Of a stretch of 64,000 bases of DNA, positions 18,791-29,045 are shown piece by piece. The first letter of the stretch is position 1. Each line of letters opens with the position of its first letter. Below the pieces are notes generated by a model. The model made no database searches, was not told the DNA's origin, and saw nothing but the letters and a program-made list of their open reading frames with translations. The position numbers and the translations under genes were made by a program. The stretch is from an uncultured cyanobacterium (GTDB lineage Bacteria > Cyanobacteriota > Cyanobacteriia > PCC-9006 > JAAUQQ01), in the NCBI GenBank assembly GCA_963718615.1, contig OY970368.1, positions 2,400,001 to 2,464,000 on the forward strand, in the 5' to 3' direction.

Positions 18791-19648
18791 ATGACTGCTC
18801 GCCGCTGGCCCCGTTTTGTTCAACCCCTTGTTACCTATGTGCTGCTGGGGGCGATCGCCCTCCTCATGCTCTTGCCGCTGCTGTGGTTAGTGAGCACGTC
18901 GCTCAAGTCGCCCTTGGAAGATATTTTCCAGTTTCCTCCACAGTTTTTGCCCCAGCATCCGACCCTGGAAAACTTTGCCAAGGTTTGGCAGGATTTTGGC
19001 AATAATTTCCCCTTTCTGCGTTATTTCTGGAACAGCAGCCTGATTGCGGGGCTGACGGTGAGCTTAAACCTTCTGTTTTGTTCCCTCGCCGCCTATCCCC
19101 TAGCCCGACTGAAGTTTAAGGGGAGAGAAGTGATTTTTTCGCTGATCGTTGCGACCATCATGATTCCCTTCCAAATCGTGATGATTCCGCTTTATGTTTT
19201 GATGATCAACCTGGGGTTGAAGGGCTCCTATCTGGGACTGATTTTACCGAGTTTAGCATCGGCCTTTGGGATTTTTTTGATGCGACAGGCCTTCTTAGGC
19301 GTCCCCAAGGAGTTGGAAGAAGCGGCTCGGATGGATGGCTGCACGGAACTAGGAATTTGGTGGCATGTGATGCTGCCTGCGGTGCGTCCAGCTCTGGTGA
19401 CCCTGGCAATTTTTACTTTTATTGGCTCCTGGAGCGATTTTCTCTGGCCGCTGATCATGCTCCTCGATGCCCCGCCCCAGCACCAAACGTTACCCATAGG
19501 GGTGGCATTTTTGGCGGGAAGTCGATCGCTGGATTGGCGATTAGTGGCTGCGGGGTCCGTCCTCTCTGTGCTCCCGGCCCTGATCCTTTTCTTGCTTTTG
19601 CAACGCTATGTCGTGCCTACGGAAGCCGGCAGCGGCGTGAAAGGCTAA
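18791..19648 (+). CDS. Carbohydrate ABC transporter permease (MalG/LacG-like)
   Basis: LAAYPLAR, FLMRQAFLGVPKELEEAARMDG (EAA motif), WSDFLWP, GSGVKG end. Confidence 0.92.
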   Translation: MTARRWPRFVQPLVTYVLLGAIALLMLLPLLWLVSTSLKSPLEDIFQFPPQFLPQHPTLENFAKVWQDFGNNFPFLRYFWNSSLIAGLTVSLNLLFCSLAAYPLARLKFKGREVIFSLIVATIMIPFQIVMIPLYVLMINLGLKGSYLGLILPSLASAFGIFLMRQAFLGVPKELEEAARMDGCTELGIWWHVMLPAVRPALVTLAIFTFIGSWSDFLWPLIMLLDAPPQHQTLPIGVAFLAGSRSLDWRLVAAGSVLSVLPALILFLLLQRYVVPTEAGSGVKG

Positions 19649-19731
19649 TACAGGCTCTAGATCGAAAGGTTTAACTTATCTCTCAGTTTCAAAAAACGAT
19701 TCCTCCTTATAGCTCTACTCCCTATCTTTTA

Positions 19732-19905
19732 CCCCAAATTCGGGGGGATGAAACAGCGGGTTTCCATCGCCCGTGCCCTGTCCATTTGGCCCGAGGTGTT
19801 GATTCTGGATGAGCCCTTTGGCGCGTTGGATGCTATTACCAAGGAAGAGTTGCAGGAAGAACTGCTTAAAATTTGGAACGAGCAGCGCTGTACTGTCCTG
19901 ATTTT
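19732..19905 (+). pseudogene. Internal remnant of a nitrate/bicarbonate ABC ATP-binding gene (NrtD/CmpD-like)
   Basis: (PQI)[54 protein letters not shown]; no Walker A; breaks off at the TetR stop codon. Confidence 0.8.
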
Positions 19906-19907
19906 TA

Positions 19908-20543
19908 TCAGCAGTCCCTCGATCGCGTCGAACCCATCGGCCCCCGCACCACCATCCCAATCAAATTCTCAACCATCACCTCCCGCCCCATTGGGATAAT
20001 CTCCTCCCCATGCAGCAACTTCTGCGTCATCACATAACTCATCAACGTCCCCATAAACACCCGCGCCGCTGCCTCCGGATGGGCCAGGTCTAGCTCCGGG
20101 TGAGCGCGAAAATATTGCTCCAGCAACCCCAACACCCTTTGGGGCAACGCCCGCACAAACAACTGCGCCAAGGCTGGAAATCGTCCCGACTCCCCAATAA
20201 TCAACCGCAGAAACGCCAAATACTCATCATCCACTGCCAGCAAATCCAGCAGCCGCGTCGCTACCCCCCGCAGCACGATCTCCGGCTCCTCCTCCAACGA
20301 CAACGCCCCAAACACCGCCTGAAACCGTTGTGCCGTCACCTGTTCAACCAGTACCGTGAACAGCCCTTCCTTATCCTGAAAATGTTTGTAGATCGTAATC
20401 TTCGAGACCCCCGCCGCCGCCGCCACCCGGTCCATACTCGTGCCCTCATAGCCCTGGGCCAAAAAAATTGCCAACGCCCCCTGCAAAATTTGTGCCCGCT
20501 TCAGTTGAGCTGCTGTAGAAGTTGCCGATAACAAACCCATCAC
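19908..20543 (-). CDS. TetR/AcrR family transcriptional regulator
   Basis: [47 protein letters not shown]; [12 protein letters not shown]-terminal motif. Confidence 0.93.
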   Translation of the reverse strand: MMGLLSATSTAAQLKRAQILQGALAIFLAQGYEGTSMDRVAAAAGVSKITIYKHFQDKEGLFTVLVEQVTAQRFQAVFGALSLEEEPEIVLRGVATRLLDLLAVDDEYLAFLRLIIGESGRFPALAQLFVRALPQRVLGLLEQYFRAHPELDLAHPEAAARVFMGTLMSYVMTQKLLHGEEIIPMGREVMVENLIGMVVRGPMGSTRSRDC

Positions 20544-20593
20544 TGCTTCAGACCTAATTTAGAAGGCTAGGAGATTTAACTCCAATCTACTAT

Positions 20594-20608
20594 ACTATAC
20601 CGTATAGT
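20594..20608. promoter_or_regulatory. Putative TetR operator
   Basis: Perfect 7-1-7 palindrome ACTATAC-C-GTATAGT in the 93-bp divergent intergenic region between tetR and hlyD. Confidence 0.7.
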
Positions 20609-20636
20609 TTATTCGTCGACTGACGAGGGTTCCGCC

Positions 20637-21953
20637 ATGACGCCGCTCGTATCGACCTCGCCCACTACCCAGAGTCCTCCAACGGAGTCCGCACCGCTGC
20701 CCGAAAAACCCGAATCGTCTCAAGCGCCGAAAGCCGCCAAGCGGCGCAAAAAATTGCGGATTCTGATTCCCCTGGGCCTGCTTGCTGTGGGAATTGGCGT
20801 TAGCTTGTATTCCTGGAACGCCCAGCCCGAAGACTCCGCCATCCAGCTCAGCGGCAGAATCGAAGGCTACGAGACCAACCTAGGGGCCAAAGTGGGAGGT
20901 CGGGTCGAAGCCATTACCGTGCGTGAAGGCGATCCCGTCCGCCAGGGCCAAATGATTGCCCAGCTCGACGACGCCGAACTCCTCGCCCAGCTTGCCATGG
21001 CCAAGGCCAAAGTCACCGCCGCCCAACAGCAGGTGACCCAAGCTCAGCTACAAATTGCCGTGGTTAAAAGCCAAACCGAAGAAGCCCAGTTGACGCTTCA
21101 ACAATCCCAGGGAGATACCGCAGGTCGGGTTAGCCAAGCCCAAGCCACCGTGGCCACGGCCCAAGCCCAGCTTGCCCAGGCTGAAGCTCAAGCCCAGCAG
21201 GCGCAGTCGGCATTGGAACTGGCGCGGAGCGATCGCGATCGCTTCTCCAAGCTCATCGCCCAAGGGGCCATTTCCCAACAGCAATTTGACCAAACTCAGA
21301 ATCAGTGGAAAGCCGCCCAGGATACCTTAACCGCCCGCCAAGCCGCAGTTACCGCTGCCCAACAGCAAGTGAGCGCCGCCCAGGGTGCCCTCACCCAAGC
21401 CCAAACCAGCCAAATCAACCCCGGTATTCGCACCGCCCAGGTTAACCGCAGCCAAACCCAGCAGGCCCAAGCGGAGGCCCAGCTCGCCGCTGCCCAAGCC
21501 AACCTCAAACAGGCCCAAGCCGCCCAGGCGGAAATCCAAGCACGGCTCAATCAGCTCGTGATCAAAAGCCCCATTAAGGGGGTCGTCACCAGCCGCACCG
21601 TCGAACCCGGCGAAGTCATCGCCCCAGGGACCACCGTTTTGACCGTGGTGGATTTGAGTCAGGTCTATCTGCGCGGCTACATCCCCGAAGCCCAGGTGGG
21701 TGCAGTTCATATCGGCCAACCGGCCCAAGTATTTTTGGATTCTGCCCCGGCCCAGCCCTTGACCGCCTGGGTCGCAGCGGTGGATAACGAAGCCTCGTTT
21801 ACGCCGGAAAATATTTACTTCCAAGCCGATCGCGTCACCCAGGTGTTTGGGCTCAAGCTCAACCTCGATAACCCCAACTATCTCGCCAAACCCGGTATGC
21901 CCGCCGATGGCAAAATCCTGCCGGACCCCGCCCTTGAGGATCGCCATCCATGA
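20637..21953 (+). CDS. HlyD-family membrane fusion protein (YbhG-like)
   Basis: N-terminal TM, SGRIEG, KVGGRV, Gln/Ala coiled coil, EASFTPENIY, AKPGMPADG. Confidence 0.92.
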   Translation: MTPLVSTSPTTQSPPTESAPLPEKPESSQAPKAAKRRKKLRILIPLGLLAVGIGVSLYSWNAQPEDSAIQLSGRIEGYETNLGAKVGGRVEAITVREGDPVRQGQMIAQLDDAELLAQLAMAKAKVTAAQQQVTQAQLQIAVVKSQTEEAQLTLQQSQGDTAGRVSQAQATVATAQAQLAQAEAQAQQAQSALELARSDRDRFSKLIAQGAISQQQFDQTQNQWKAAQDTLTARQAAVTAAQQQVSAAQGALTQAQTSQINPGIRTAQVNRSQTQQAQAEAQLAAAQANLKQAQAAQAEIQARLNQLVIKSPIKGVVTSRTVEPGEVIAPGTTVLTVVDLSQVYLRGYIPEAQVGAVHIGQPAQVFLDSAPAQPLTAWVAAVDNEASFTPENIYFQADRVTQVFGLKLNLDNPNYLAKPGMPADGKILPDPALEDRHP

Positions 21954-23833
21954 GCGTGGTGGCGGTGCATCAGCTTTGCAAGCAGTACGGAGCCGTCGCA
22001 GCCTTAAAGGGGATTGAGTTTGAAGTGCAGGCGGGGGAAATTTTTGGCCTGATTGGTCCTGATGGCGCAGGCAAAACCACCACCTTTCAAATCCTGGCCG
22101 GGGTCATGGCTGCGACTTCTGGGAAGGCCCGCGTCCTGGGGACCGAACCCCGCGCGGCTCGGCTGAATCTCGGTTACGTGACCCAACGGTTTTCGCTCTA
22201 CCTGGATTTGAGCGTGGAAGAAAACTTGCGCTACAGTGCTGGATTGCGGCAGGTGCCCGAGGCGGAGTTTGAGGCGCGATCGCAAATCCTGCTTCAACGG
22301 GTCGAGCTGGATCGTTTTCGCGATCGCCTCGCGGGCCAACTCTCTGGCGGCATGAAGCAAAAGCTAGCCCTCTGCTGCGCGCTGATTGCCCAACCCAAAG
22401 TGCTGCTTTTAGATGAACCCACAACGGGAGTTGACCCCGTATCGCGCCGGGAATTTTGGGATCTGCTCGCCGCCGTCGCCAATACCGGCGTCACCATTGT
22501 CGCCGCAACGCCTTACCTCGACGAAGCCGAACGCTGCAACCGGATTGCGCTGATTTACGATGGTGCCATTCAGCAAATCGGCACCCTAGCGGAACTCAGA
22601 GATAGCCTCGGATTGAGCCGCATTGAACTGCGCACGGACTCCGTTGTCGCCGCTGAAGCCGTCCTGAGCCAGAGCGGACCGCCCTTGGTGGATATTCAGA
22701 CCTTTGGCGATCGCCTCGATATTCTCGTTACCGACCCAGAAGCCGGTCAGCAATACATTCGCGATCGGTTGGCTGAGCATCATCTGCCGCTGACGCAACT
22801 CCGTCTCGACGAACCCACCCTGGAAAATGTCTTTGTCAATCGGCTGCGGCAACAGGGGGCGGATCCGGCCTATTTGCCCTTTCCCAGCTATCGTTCCGGT
22901 CAGCCAGCGGGGGTGGCGATCGCTACCCAAAATCTGCAAAAAACTTTTGGGGAATTCCAAGCGGTTAAACCGCTCAATCTCACAGTTCATTATGGCGAAA
23001 TCTACGGTTTGCTCGGGGCCAACGGGGCAGGCAAAACCACAACCATCAAAATGCTCTGCGGCTTGCTTCCCGCCAGTGATGGTACCATGCAACTCGCAGG
23101 AGAAACCAGTCAGCTCAATCGACCTGAGGTGCGATCGCGCATCGGCTACATGAGCCAAAAATTCACCCTCTACGACGACCTGACAATTCTCCAAAACCTG
23201 GACTTTTACTGCGGTGTCTACGGTGTTCCCCGACGACTGCGGCGGGAAAAAATTGACTGGGTGCTCACCACCTGCGGCCTCAGGGGACGGGAAACCACGC
23301 TAACGGGACGTTTACCAGGGGGCTGGAAACAGCGGGTGGCCTTCGGTGCCTCCGTGCTGCACGAACCCGATATCTTGTTTCTCGACGAACCCACCTCTGG
23401 CGTCGATCCCCTGGCGCGACGGCAATTCTGGCGATTGATCCGCGAATTCGCCCGCCAGGGCACCGCCATCCTGGTTACCACCCACTACCTCGAAGAAGCC
23501 GAAAACTGCAACACCATGGCTTTTATGGCCGCAGGCGCAGTCGTCGCCCAGGGGTCCCCCAGCGAAATCAAAGCCAGTCAGCCGGGACAACTGCTCGAAC
23601 TCCTCTGCGACTCTCCCCAACGGGCTTCCGACTTGCTCAAACAACAGCTCGAAGACTGGCGGGTTTCGATTTTTGGCGATCGCCTCCACCTCGTCCTCGA
23701 CAACCCCGACACAGAACTCCCACAACTTCAAGCTTGGTTGTCCAGCCAACAGATTTATCTCCAAAACCTCCGTCCTATCCCCTTCTCCCTCGAAGACGCC
23801 TTCATCGGCATCATCCAACGAGCCACGCTATGA
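21950..23833 (+). CDS. ABC transporter ATP-binding protein with two NBDs (YbhF-like)
   Basis: GPDGAGKTT / LSGGMKQK / LLLDEPTTGVDP and GANGAGKTT / LPGGWKQR / LFLDEPTSGVDP. Confidence 0.95.
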   Translation: MSVVAVHQLCKQYGAVAALKGIEFEVQAGEIFGLIGPDGAGKTTTFQILAGVMAATSGKARVLGTEPRAARLNLGYVTQRFSLYLDLSVEENLRYSAGLRQVPEAEFEARSQILLQRVELDRFRDRLAGQLSGGMKQKLALCCALIAQPKVLLLDEPTTGVDPVSRREFWDLLAAVANTGVTIVAATPYLDEAERCNRIALIYDGAIQQIGTLAELRDSLGLSRIELRTDSVVAAEAVLSQSGPPLVDIQTFGDRLDILVTDPEAGQQYIRDRLAEHHLPLTQLRLDEPTLENVFVNRLRQQGADPAYLPFPSYRSGQPAGVAIATQNLQKTFGEFQAVKPLNLTVHYGEIYGLLGANGAGKTTTIKMLCGLLPASDGTMQLAGETSQLNRPEVRSRIGYMSQKFTLYDDLTILQNLDFYCGVYGVPRRLRREKIDWVLTTCGLRGRETTLTGRLPGGWKQRVAFGASVLHEPDILFLDEPTSGVDPLARRQFWRLIREFARQGTAILVTTHYLEEAENCNTMAFMAAGAVVAQGSPSEIKASQPGQLLELLCDSPQRASDLLKQQLEDWRVSIFGDRLHLVLDNPDTELPQLQAWLSSQQIYLQNLRPIPFSLEDAFIGIIQRATL

Positions 23834-24939
23834 ACCGAATTCTCAGCCAATGCATCAAAGAACTCAATCAATTTCGGCGCGATCGCCTCACCCTGGCCCT
23901 CGCCTTTCTGCTGCCGCTAGCGGTATTGCTGATCTACGGCTACGCCATTCGCCTCGAAGCCAAAAACATCCCTCTCACTATTCAAGACCTTGACAACAGT
24001 TTCCTCAGCCGCACCTACGTGGAACGGCTGTTCGCAACGCAACAGTTTATCCCCACTTCCTTAGGCAATCAACCTCCCATTGCCCTGCTCGATCGCGGCA
24101 TTGCTAAAGCAGCAGTCATCATTCCCCCGGATTTTTCCCAGCGGCTGAAATCGCGCCAGCCCGTCACAGTCCAAGCCCTGGTCGATGGCACCGATGTCAA
24201 CAATGCCCGGATTATCCAAGCCAGTTTGCGAGCCACGACTCAGTTTTTTCTGCGCAGTAGCGGCTTACTTCCTGACCAGGCCCAGCCCTTGATTAAGGCC
24301 CAAGTTCGCCTTTGGTTTAACCCCGGTCGCGAGGAATCCCTTTACATTGTTCCCGGCATTTTTGGCGTCATTCTCTGGGTGTTTCCTTCAATGCTGGCGG
24401 GTATCGCTATGGTTCGCGAAAAAGAACAGGGAACGATTGTGCAAGTCTATGCCTCTGATTTGAGCGCGATTGAATGGTTGCTGGGTAAGGAATTAGCCTA
24501 TGTTCTAGTGGGATTGGGTGAAACGCTGATTGTTATGGGGGTTGCCATCGTTCTCTTTGGTCTCCGCGTTCACGGTGACCCAACGCCCTTGTTGATTGGA
24601 ACCCCCATTTATTTAGCCGCTAGCGTCGCCTTTGGCCTCTTGGTTGGTGCAAGGGCTGGAAATCAAACGGGGGCGGTGCAGGGGACGGCGATCGCCGGAT
24701 TTCTCACCGCTTTATTACTTTCGGGGTTTATTTACCGTCTGGAAAACATTCCGTTTCCGTTATCTTTACTCTCCAATGTGATTCCGGCTCGGTATTACAT
24801 TGACCTCACCCGAGATGCCTTTGTGCGGGGGACGGGGTGGAGTGGGGTTTGGTTGGATCCGGTGGCGATCGCGCTACTGGGTGTCTTCTTTTTCCGCACT
24901 GCTAGTCGTGTGCTTAAATCGATGCAATTTTCGGATTGA
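23830..24939 (+). CDS. ABC-2 transporter permease (YbhS-like)
   Basis: KELNQFRRDR, VDGTDVNNA, WFNPG, REKEQGT; ATG overlaps the upstream stop (ATGA). Confidence 0.92.
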   Translation: MNRILSQCIKELNQFRRDRLTLALAFLLPLAVLLIYGYAIRLEAKNIPLTIQDLDNSFLSRTYVERLFATQQFIPTSLGNQPPIALLDRGIAKAAVIIPPDFSQRLKSRQPVTVQALVDGTDVNNARIIQASLRATTQFFLRSSGLLPDQAQPLIKAQVRLWFNPGREESLYIVPGIFGVILWVFPSMLAGIAMVREKEQGTIVQVYASDLSAIEWLLGKELAYVLVGLGETLIVMGVAIVLFGLRVHGDPTPLLIGTPIYLAASVAFGLLVGARAGNQTGAVQGTAIAGFLTALLLSGFIYRLENIPFPLSLLSNVIPARYYIDLTRDAFVRGTGWSGVWLDPVAIALLGVFFFRTASRVLKSMQFSD

Positions 24940-24978
24940 TAGTGTTGGAATTGATAGTGTTAAAATTGATGGAGACCT

Positions 24979-26142
24979 ATGGTATTGCTTCGTTCCGTTC
25001 GGACCTGGATTCTTCGGACCTGGATTGTTCGTCACTTGATTGACTCACGGCTCTTGCCGTTAATCCGTAAAGAAGTCCAGCAAATTCTTAAGAATAAACA
25101 GATTATTTTTCTGTTACTCTTTCCACCGACGATTCAGCTCTTGGTTTTTGGCCTAGCGCTGAATCCTGAGGTGACTGGCCTTAGCCTCGGCGTTGTGGAC
25201 TATAGCCACAGTGCCCAAAGCCGAGATTTTGTATCAACCCTCGTGTCGAATGATCTCTTTGAAATTGCTTCCCATCCTTCTCGAACGGTCGAATTAGAAC
25301 AGCAGGTTAGAACCGGCAAAATTTCCACGGGCTTGGTGATCCCCCCCAATTTTGAACCGAAGCTTAAGTCGGGGCAATTCACCGATGTGCAGGTCTTAAT
25401 TGATGGCGTCGATGCCAATACCGCTGGCATTGCGAGTGGCTATATCCGACAACAAATCAACCACTATAGTCAGCAGCTTAACCCGGATCAGATAGTACTT
25501 CCTGCTGAAGTTGCTGTTCGTTTTTTATATAATCCTGGCTTACTGAGTAGCTGGTTCTTTGTGCCGGGGGTGATTGGCGTTGTCTTGACGCTGACGGGTT
25601 CCCTCGTTTCTTCCTCAACGGTCATTCGCGAAAAGGATGTCGGCACCCTCGAACAATTGCTCATGACTCCGGCGGCGGGTTGGGAAATTCTTATGGCCAA
25701 AATTGTGCCGCTGTTTGTCCTGTTGATGGGTGACGTTTTATTAGCTTCAGCCATTGGTAAATTTGTCTTTCATCTGCCGTTTCGGGGCAATTATTTTTTG
25801 TTTTTAAGCCTGTCCGGAATTTACGTATTTGTCTGCATTGGGATTGGCATTTTACTCGCCACGATTTCGCGCAATCAGCAACAGGTGATTTTGACCTCGT
25901 TTTTCTTTAATGTGCCTTTGATTCAGTTGTCTGGGGCGATCGCCCCCATCGAAAGCATGCCCGTCTTTTTCCGTACCCTCTCCTTTTTCGATCCCCTCCG
26001 CCACTACGTGACGATCGCCCGCAGCCTGATTCTTAAAGGGGTGGGTCTTGAATCGCTCTGGCCTGAAGTGGTCACCCTAACGGTCTTTGCCATGCTTTTG
26101 CTTGGCATTAGCATTTATCGATTCCGGGAGCAACTGAATTAA
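24979..26142 (+). CDS. ABC-2 transporter permease (YbhR-like)
   Basis: IDGVDANTA, LYNPGL.SSWFFVPG, REKDVGTLEQLLMTP, LSGAIAPIESMP. Confidence 0.92.
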   Translation: MVLLRSVRTWILRTWIVRHLIDSRLLPLIRKEVQQILKNKQIIFLLLFPPTIQLLVFGLALNPEVTGLSLGVVDYSHSAQSRDFVSTLVSNDLFEIASHPSRTVELEQQVRTGKISTGLVIPPNFEPKLKSGQFTDVQVLIDGVDANTAGIASGYIRQQINHYSQQLNPDQIVLPAEVAVRFLYNPGLLSSWFFVPGVIGVVLTLTGSLVSSSTVIREKDVGTLEQLLMTPAAGWEILMAKIVPLFVLLMGDVLLASAIGKFVFHLPFRGNYFLFLSLSGIYVFVCIGIGILLATISRNQQQVILTSFFFNVPLIQLSGAIAPIESMPVFFRTLSFFDPLRHYVTIARSLILKGVGLESLWPEVVTLTVFAMLLLGISIYRFREQLN

Positions 26143-26146
26143 GAAT

Positions 26147-26188
26147 GGCCAATGACAATGACCAATGACAATAGCCAATGACAATAGC
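26147..26188. repeat. Short tandem repeat (ccaatgacaat(g/a)) of cyanobacterial STRR-like type
   Basis: gccaatgacaatgaccaatgacaatagccaatgacaatagc. Confidence 0.7.
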
Positions 26189-26231
26189 TTGCACCGTTCA
26201 GCCTTAACCGGGAACGCATCGTCAACTGACA

Positions 26232-26324
26232 GGACAATTGATTGAAGTGGGGCCGACGGCGCAGATTTTTGAGCAGCCCCGCCATGGACTGACGGCAGAC
26301 TATGTCCAGGGATTGCAAGGATAG
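26232..26324 (+). pseudogene. 3' remnant of a phosphate ABC ATP-binding gene (PstB-like C-terminus)
   Basis: Translates as GQLIEVGPTAQIFEQPRHGLTADYVQGLQG*, the characteristic PstB tail (G.LIE.G.T..IF..P....T.DY..G..G); no upstream ORF. Confidence 0.7.
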
Positions 26325-26337
26325 CCCGGATGCTCCT

Positions 26338-26886
26338 TTAGTGGCGTATTCCCAGTTCGGTTTTGCCCTTTGCAATGATGGCTTGAAAGAAGGCTTCTAA
26401 GGGCTCATTGACCGGTAGGCAGTGACTAATCACCGTCTCCGCCCAAATTAAATATTTCTGTCGCCGCTCAAGGCTCCAGCCCGTAGCAGGCGCTTCGTAA
26501 AGGTCCATCACATTTGAGGATTTGTCCGCAATTTTAATTTGCGTCGCCCCCGGCGAAAGGTGAGGCGCATGGTCAATTTGAGCCTGTTTGCGCTTGGCTT
26601 CTGGCAATGAGCCATCATCGGTGACCTCCGCCACCAGCGATCGCACCCGTGCCCCAAAATGGGATTCAATTTCCGCAAAGGTTGTATCGGTATCTTCCAC
26701 GGTATCGTGCAAGACCGCCGCCGCCAAAATCTCCGAATCTTCCACCTGTCCTTCCTCCGCCAAAATCAGCATCACTTGAATCGGGTGATTGATGTAGGGC
26801 GTTTTGCCATCCTTGCGGAGCTGGAAGCGATGTTTTTGGGTGGCAAAGGCGATCGCCTGAAGGACCAAGAGTTGATGAATAGCCAT
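26338..26886 (-). CDS. HD-domain protein, Mesh1/small alarmone hydrolase-like
   Basis: FATQKHRFQLRK, PYINHP, AAVLHDTVEDT, VAEVTDD, IKIADK. Confidence 0.88.
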   Translation of the reverse strand: MAIHQLLVLQAIAFATQKHRFQLRKDGKTPYINHPIQVMLILAEEGQVEDSEILAAAVLHDTVEDTDTTFAEIESHFGARVRSLVAEVTDDGSLPEAKRKQAQIDHAPHLSPGATQIKIADKSSNVMDLYEAPATGWSLERRQKYLIWAETVISHCLPVNEPLEAFFQAIIAKGKTELGIRH

Positions 26887-27108
26887 GGTTGGGTGCGATC
26901 GCGAACAACCGACGAAAGAATACAGGATCCATCATAGTCAGTTGGCCGTCCGTTCATCTTGCCTAACGGCCTCAAATCTTAGGACCCAGAGATCAAAAAC
27001 CCTCCGTCTCGAAGGGCAAAGTTTGGTAGGCTGACGGTGTGCTGTGGGGATCAAACGCCAATTTTCTCTCTCAGTGCGTTTATCCTAATCTGGCCTCAGG
27101 ACTGTTCC

Positions 27109-28482
27109 ATGCGGATTCTTTTTGTTGCAGCCGAAGTTTCTCCCCTTGCCAAGGTTGGCGGGATGGGAGATGTGATTGGTTCCTTGCCCCGCGCCTTGCA
27201 AAAACTGGGTCATGATGTTCGGATCTTGATGCCCTACTACGGTTGCTTAGCTGATAAGGTAGAAGTCCCAGAGAATCCCGTTTGGTGGGGTGAGGCGATG
27301 TTTAATCGCTTTGCCGTCTACGAAACCCGCCTGCCGGACTCGGAAATCCCCCTTTATCTATTTGGCCATCCTGCGTTTGACCCGCTGCATATCTATGGGG
27401 GTGACGATGAAGCTTGGCGGTTTACGTTTTTTGCCAATGGGGCCGCAGAATTTGCCTGGAACTACTGGAAACCCGAGATTATTCATTGCCACGACTGGCA
27501 CACAGGCATGATCCCCGTCTGGATGCACCAGTCCCCGGACATTGCGACGGTGTTTACGATCCATAATTTGGCCTATCAAGGGCCTTGGCGCGGGGTGTTG
27601 GAGCGGATTACCTGGTGTCCTTGGTACATGCAGGGCCACAACACCATGGCTGCGGCCCTGCTCTATGCCAATCAGGTGAATACGGTTTCGCCGACCTATG
27701 CCCAACAAATCCAGACGGAGCTCTATGGGGAGGAATTGCAGGGGTTGCTGTCGTTTATTAGTGGCAAACTGCGGGGGATTTTGAATGGGATCGATCGCGA
27801 TCGCTACGATCCCGCCATCGATCCGGCCCTCCCCCAAACCTTTACGCCCAAGAATCTAGATGTTCGAGCGGAGAATAAGGCGGCCCTCCAGAAGGAAGTG
27901 GGTCTGGCGTCGAATCCTAAGGCTTTTCTCCTTGGCTTGGTGTCGCGGTTGGTGGAACAAAAGGGTCTGGATTTAATTATTCAGATTTTGGGGCAGTTTT
28001 TGGCCTATACGGATTCGCAGATTGTGATTTTGGGGACGGGCGATCGCTACTACGAAACCCAGCTCTGGGAAATGGCCACGCGCTACCGGGGTCGGATGTC
28101 GGCTTATATTCTCTACGATGATGCTTTAGCTCGCCGGATCTACGCGGGAACGGATGCCTTTTTAATGCCCTCGCGGTTTGAGCCCTGCGGGATTAGCCAG
28201 ATGATGGCTTTGCGCTATGGTTCGGTACCTGTGGTGCGGCGGACGGGGGGTTTGGTGGATACGGTGGAGCACCATGATCCGGCGACGGAGGCGGGGACGG
28301 GTTATTGTTTCGATCGCTATGAACCCCTCGATCTTTACACTTGTCTCGTGCGGGCCTACGAAGGTTTCCATTATCCTCAGCCCTGGCGGGATCTGCAAAC
28401 GCGGGGTATGGAGATGGATTTTGGTTGGGACAAGTCGGCGTTGGAGTACGAAAAGATGTATCGCGATGCTTTAGGGGGTTAA
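27109..28482 (+). CDS. glgA: Glycogen synthase
   Basis: MRILFVAAE...[53 protein letters not shown]. Confidence 0.96.
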   Translation: MRILFVAAEVSPLAKVGGMGDVIGSLPRALQKLGHDVRILMPYYGCLADKVEVPENPVWWGEAMFNRFAVYETRLPDSEIPLYLFGHPAFDPLHIYGGDDEAWRFTFFANGAAEFAWNYWKPEIIHCHDWHTGMIPVWMHQSPDIATVFTIHNLAYQGPWRGVLERITWCPWYMQGHNTMAAALLYANQVNTVSPTYAQQIQTELYGEELQGLLSFISGKLRGILNGIDRDRYDPAIDPALPQTFTPKNLDVRAENKAALQKEVGLASNPKAFLLGLVSRLVEQKGLDLIIQILGQFLAYTDSQIVILGTGDRYYETQLWEMATRYRGRMSAYILYDDALARRIYAGTDAFLMPSRFEPCGISQMMALRYGSVPVVRRTGGLVDTVEHHDPATEAGTGYCFDRYEPLDLYTCLVRAYEGFHYPQPWRDLQTRGMEMDFGWDKSALEYEKMYRDALGG

Positions 28483-28502
28483 CCTCGTTGGCAATGCCAA
28501 CC

Positions 28503-29045
28503 TCATTCTGTTTCTTGTGCTTGATTCTCCATTCCTTGCTTCAGCATTTGGATCATTTCGTCTAACCCCTCAATTTTCTGGGGGCAGCGGGCGAGGATTT
28601 CGGCGTCTTCTAGGGCTCCGCTGAGGGCTTCTGGGTGGGGGTGGGTGTTGAGGAGGGTTGGAGGTCGGTGAGGGCGGGTTGGGGGTTGCCGAGGGCGAGG
28701 GTGTAGAGGGCTCGGACGGCTTTGTCGTATGGATCGTTGTCGAGGCAGAGGCAGAGGCCGTGGTGCCAGTGGGTTTGGGCTTGGGGGAGGTTGTTTTGGA
28801 GGGCTTGGGCGAGGCCGAGGTTGAAGATGGAGATATAGCTTTCTGGGTTTAGTTGGGTGGCTTTCTCGAGGGCTGGAATTGCGTTTTCTGGTTTATCGGT
28901 GAGGAGGTAGAGCCAGCCCAAGCCGTTGTGAGGATAGGCAAAGTTAGGGTCAATTGCGATGGCTTTGTTGAAGGCAGCGATCGCCTCTTCGTATTGCTTT
29001 AAGTCTCTGTAGGTAGCTCCCAAGCCATTGTGAGGATAAGCGTTA
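28503..29045 (-). pseudogene. Truncated, frameshifted TPR protein
   Basis: TPR repeats AYPHNGLGATYRDLKQYEEAIAAFNKAIAIDPNFAYPHNGLG; 5' end replaced by an IS fragment; 1-nt deletion near 28658, true tail continues LLNTHPHPEALSGALEDAEILARCP...ETE* in another frame. Confidence 0.75.

Noticed and set aside
19748-19999. 83-aa ORF as a functional gene
   Set aside because: Only the first about 53 codons match an ABC ATPase interior; the rest is antisense to tetR
21327-23818. Long antisense ORFs (206, 202, 168 aa) opposite the efflux genes, and similar shadow ORFs elsewhere
   Set aside because: Entirely overlap well-supported genes and show no recognisable motifs; expected from codon bias
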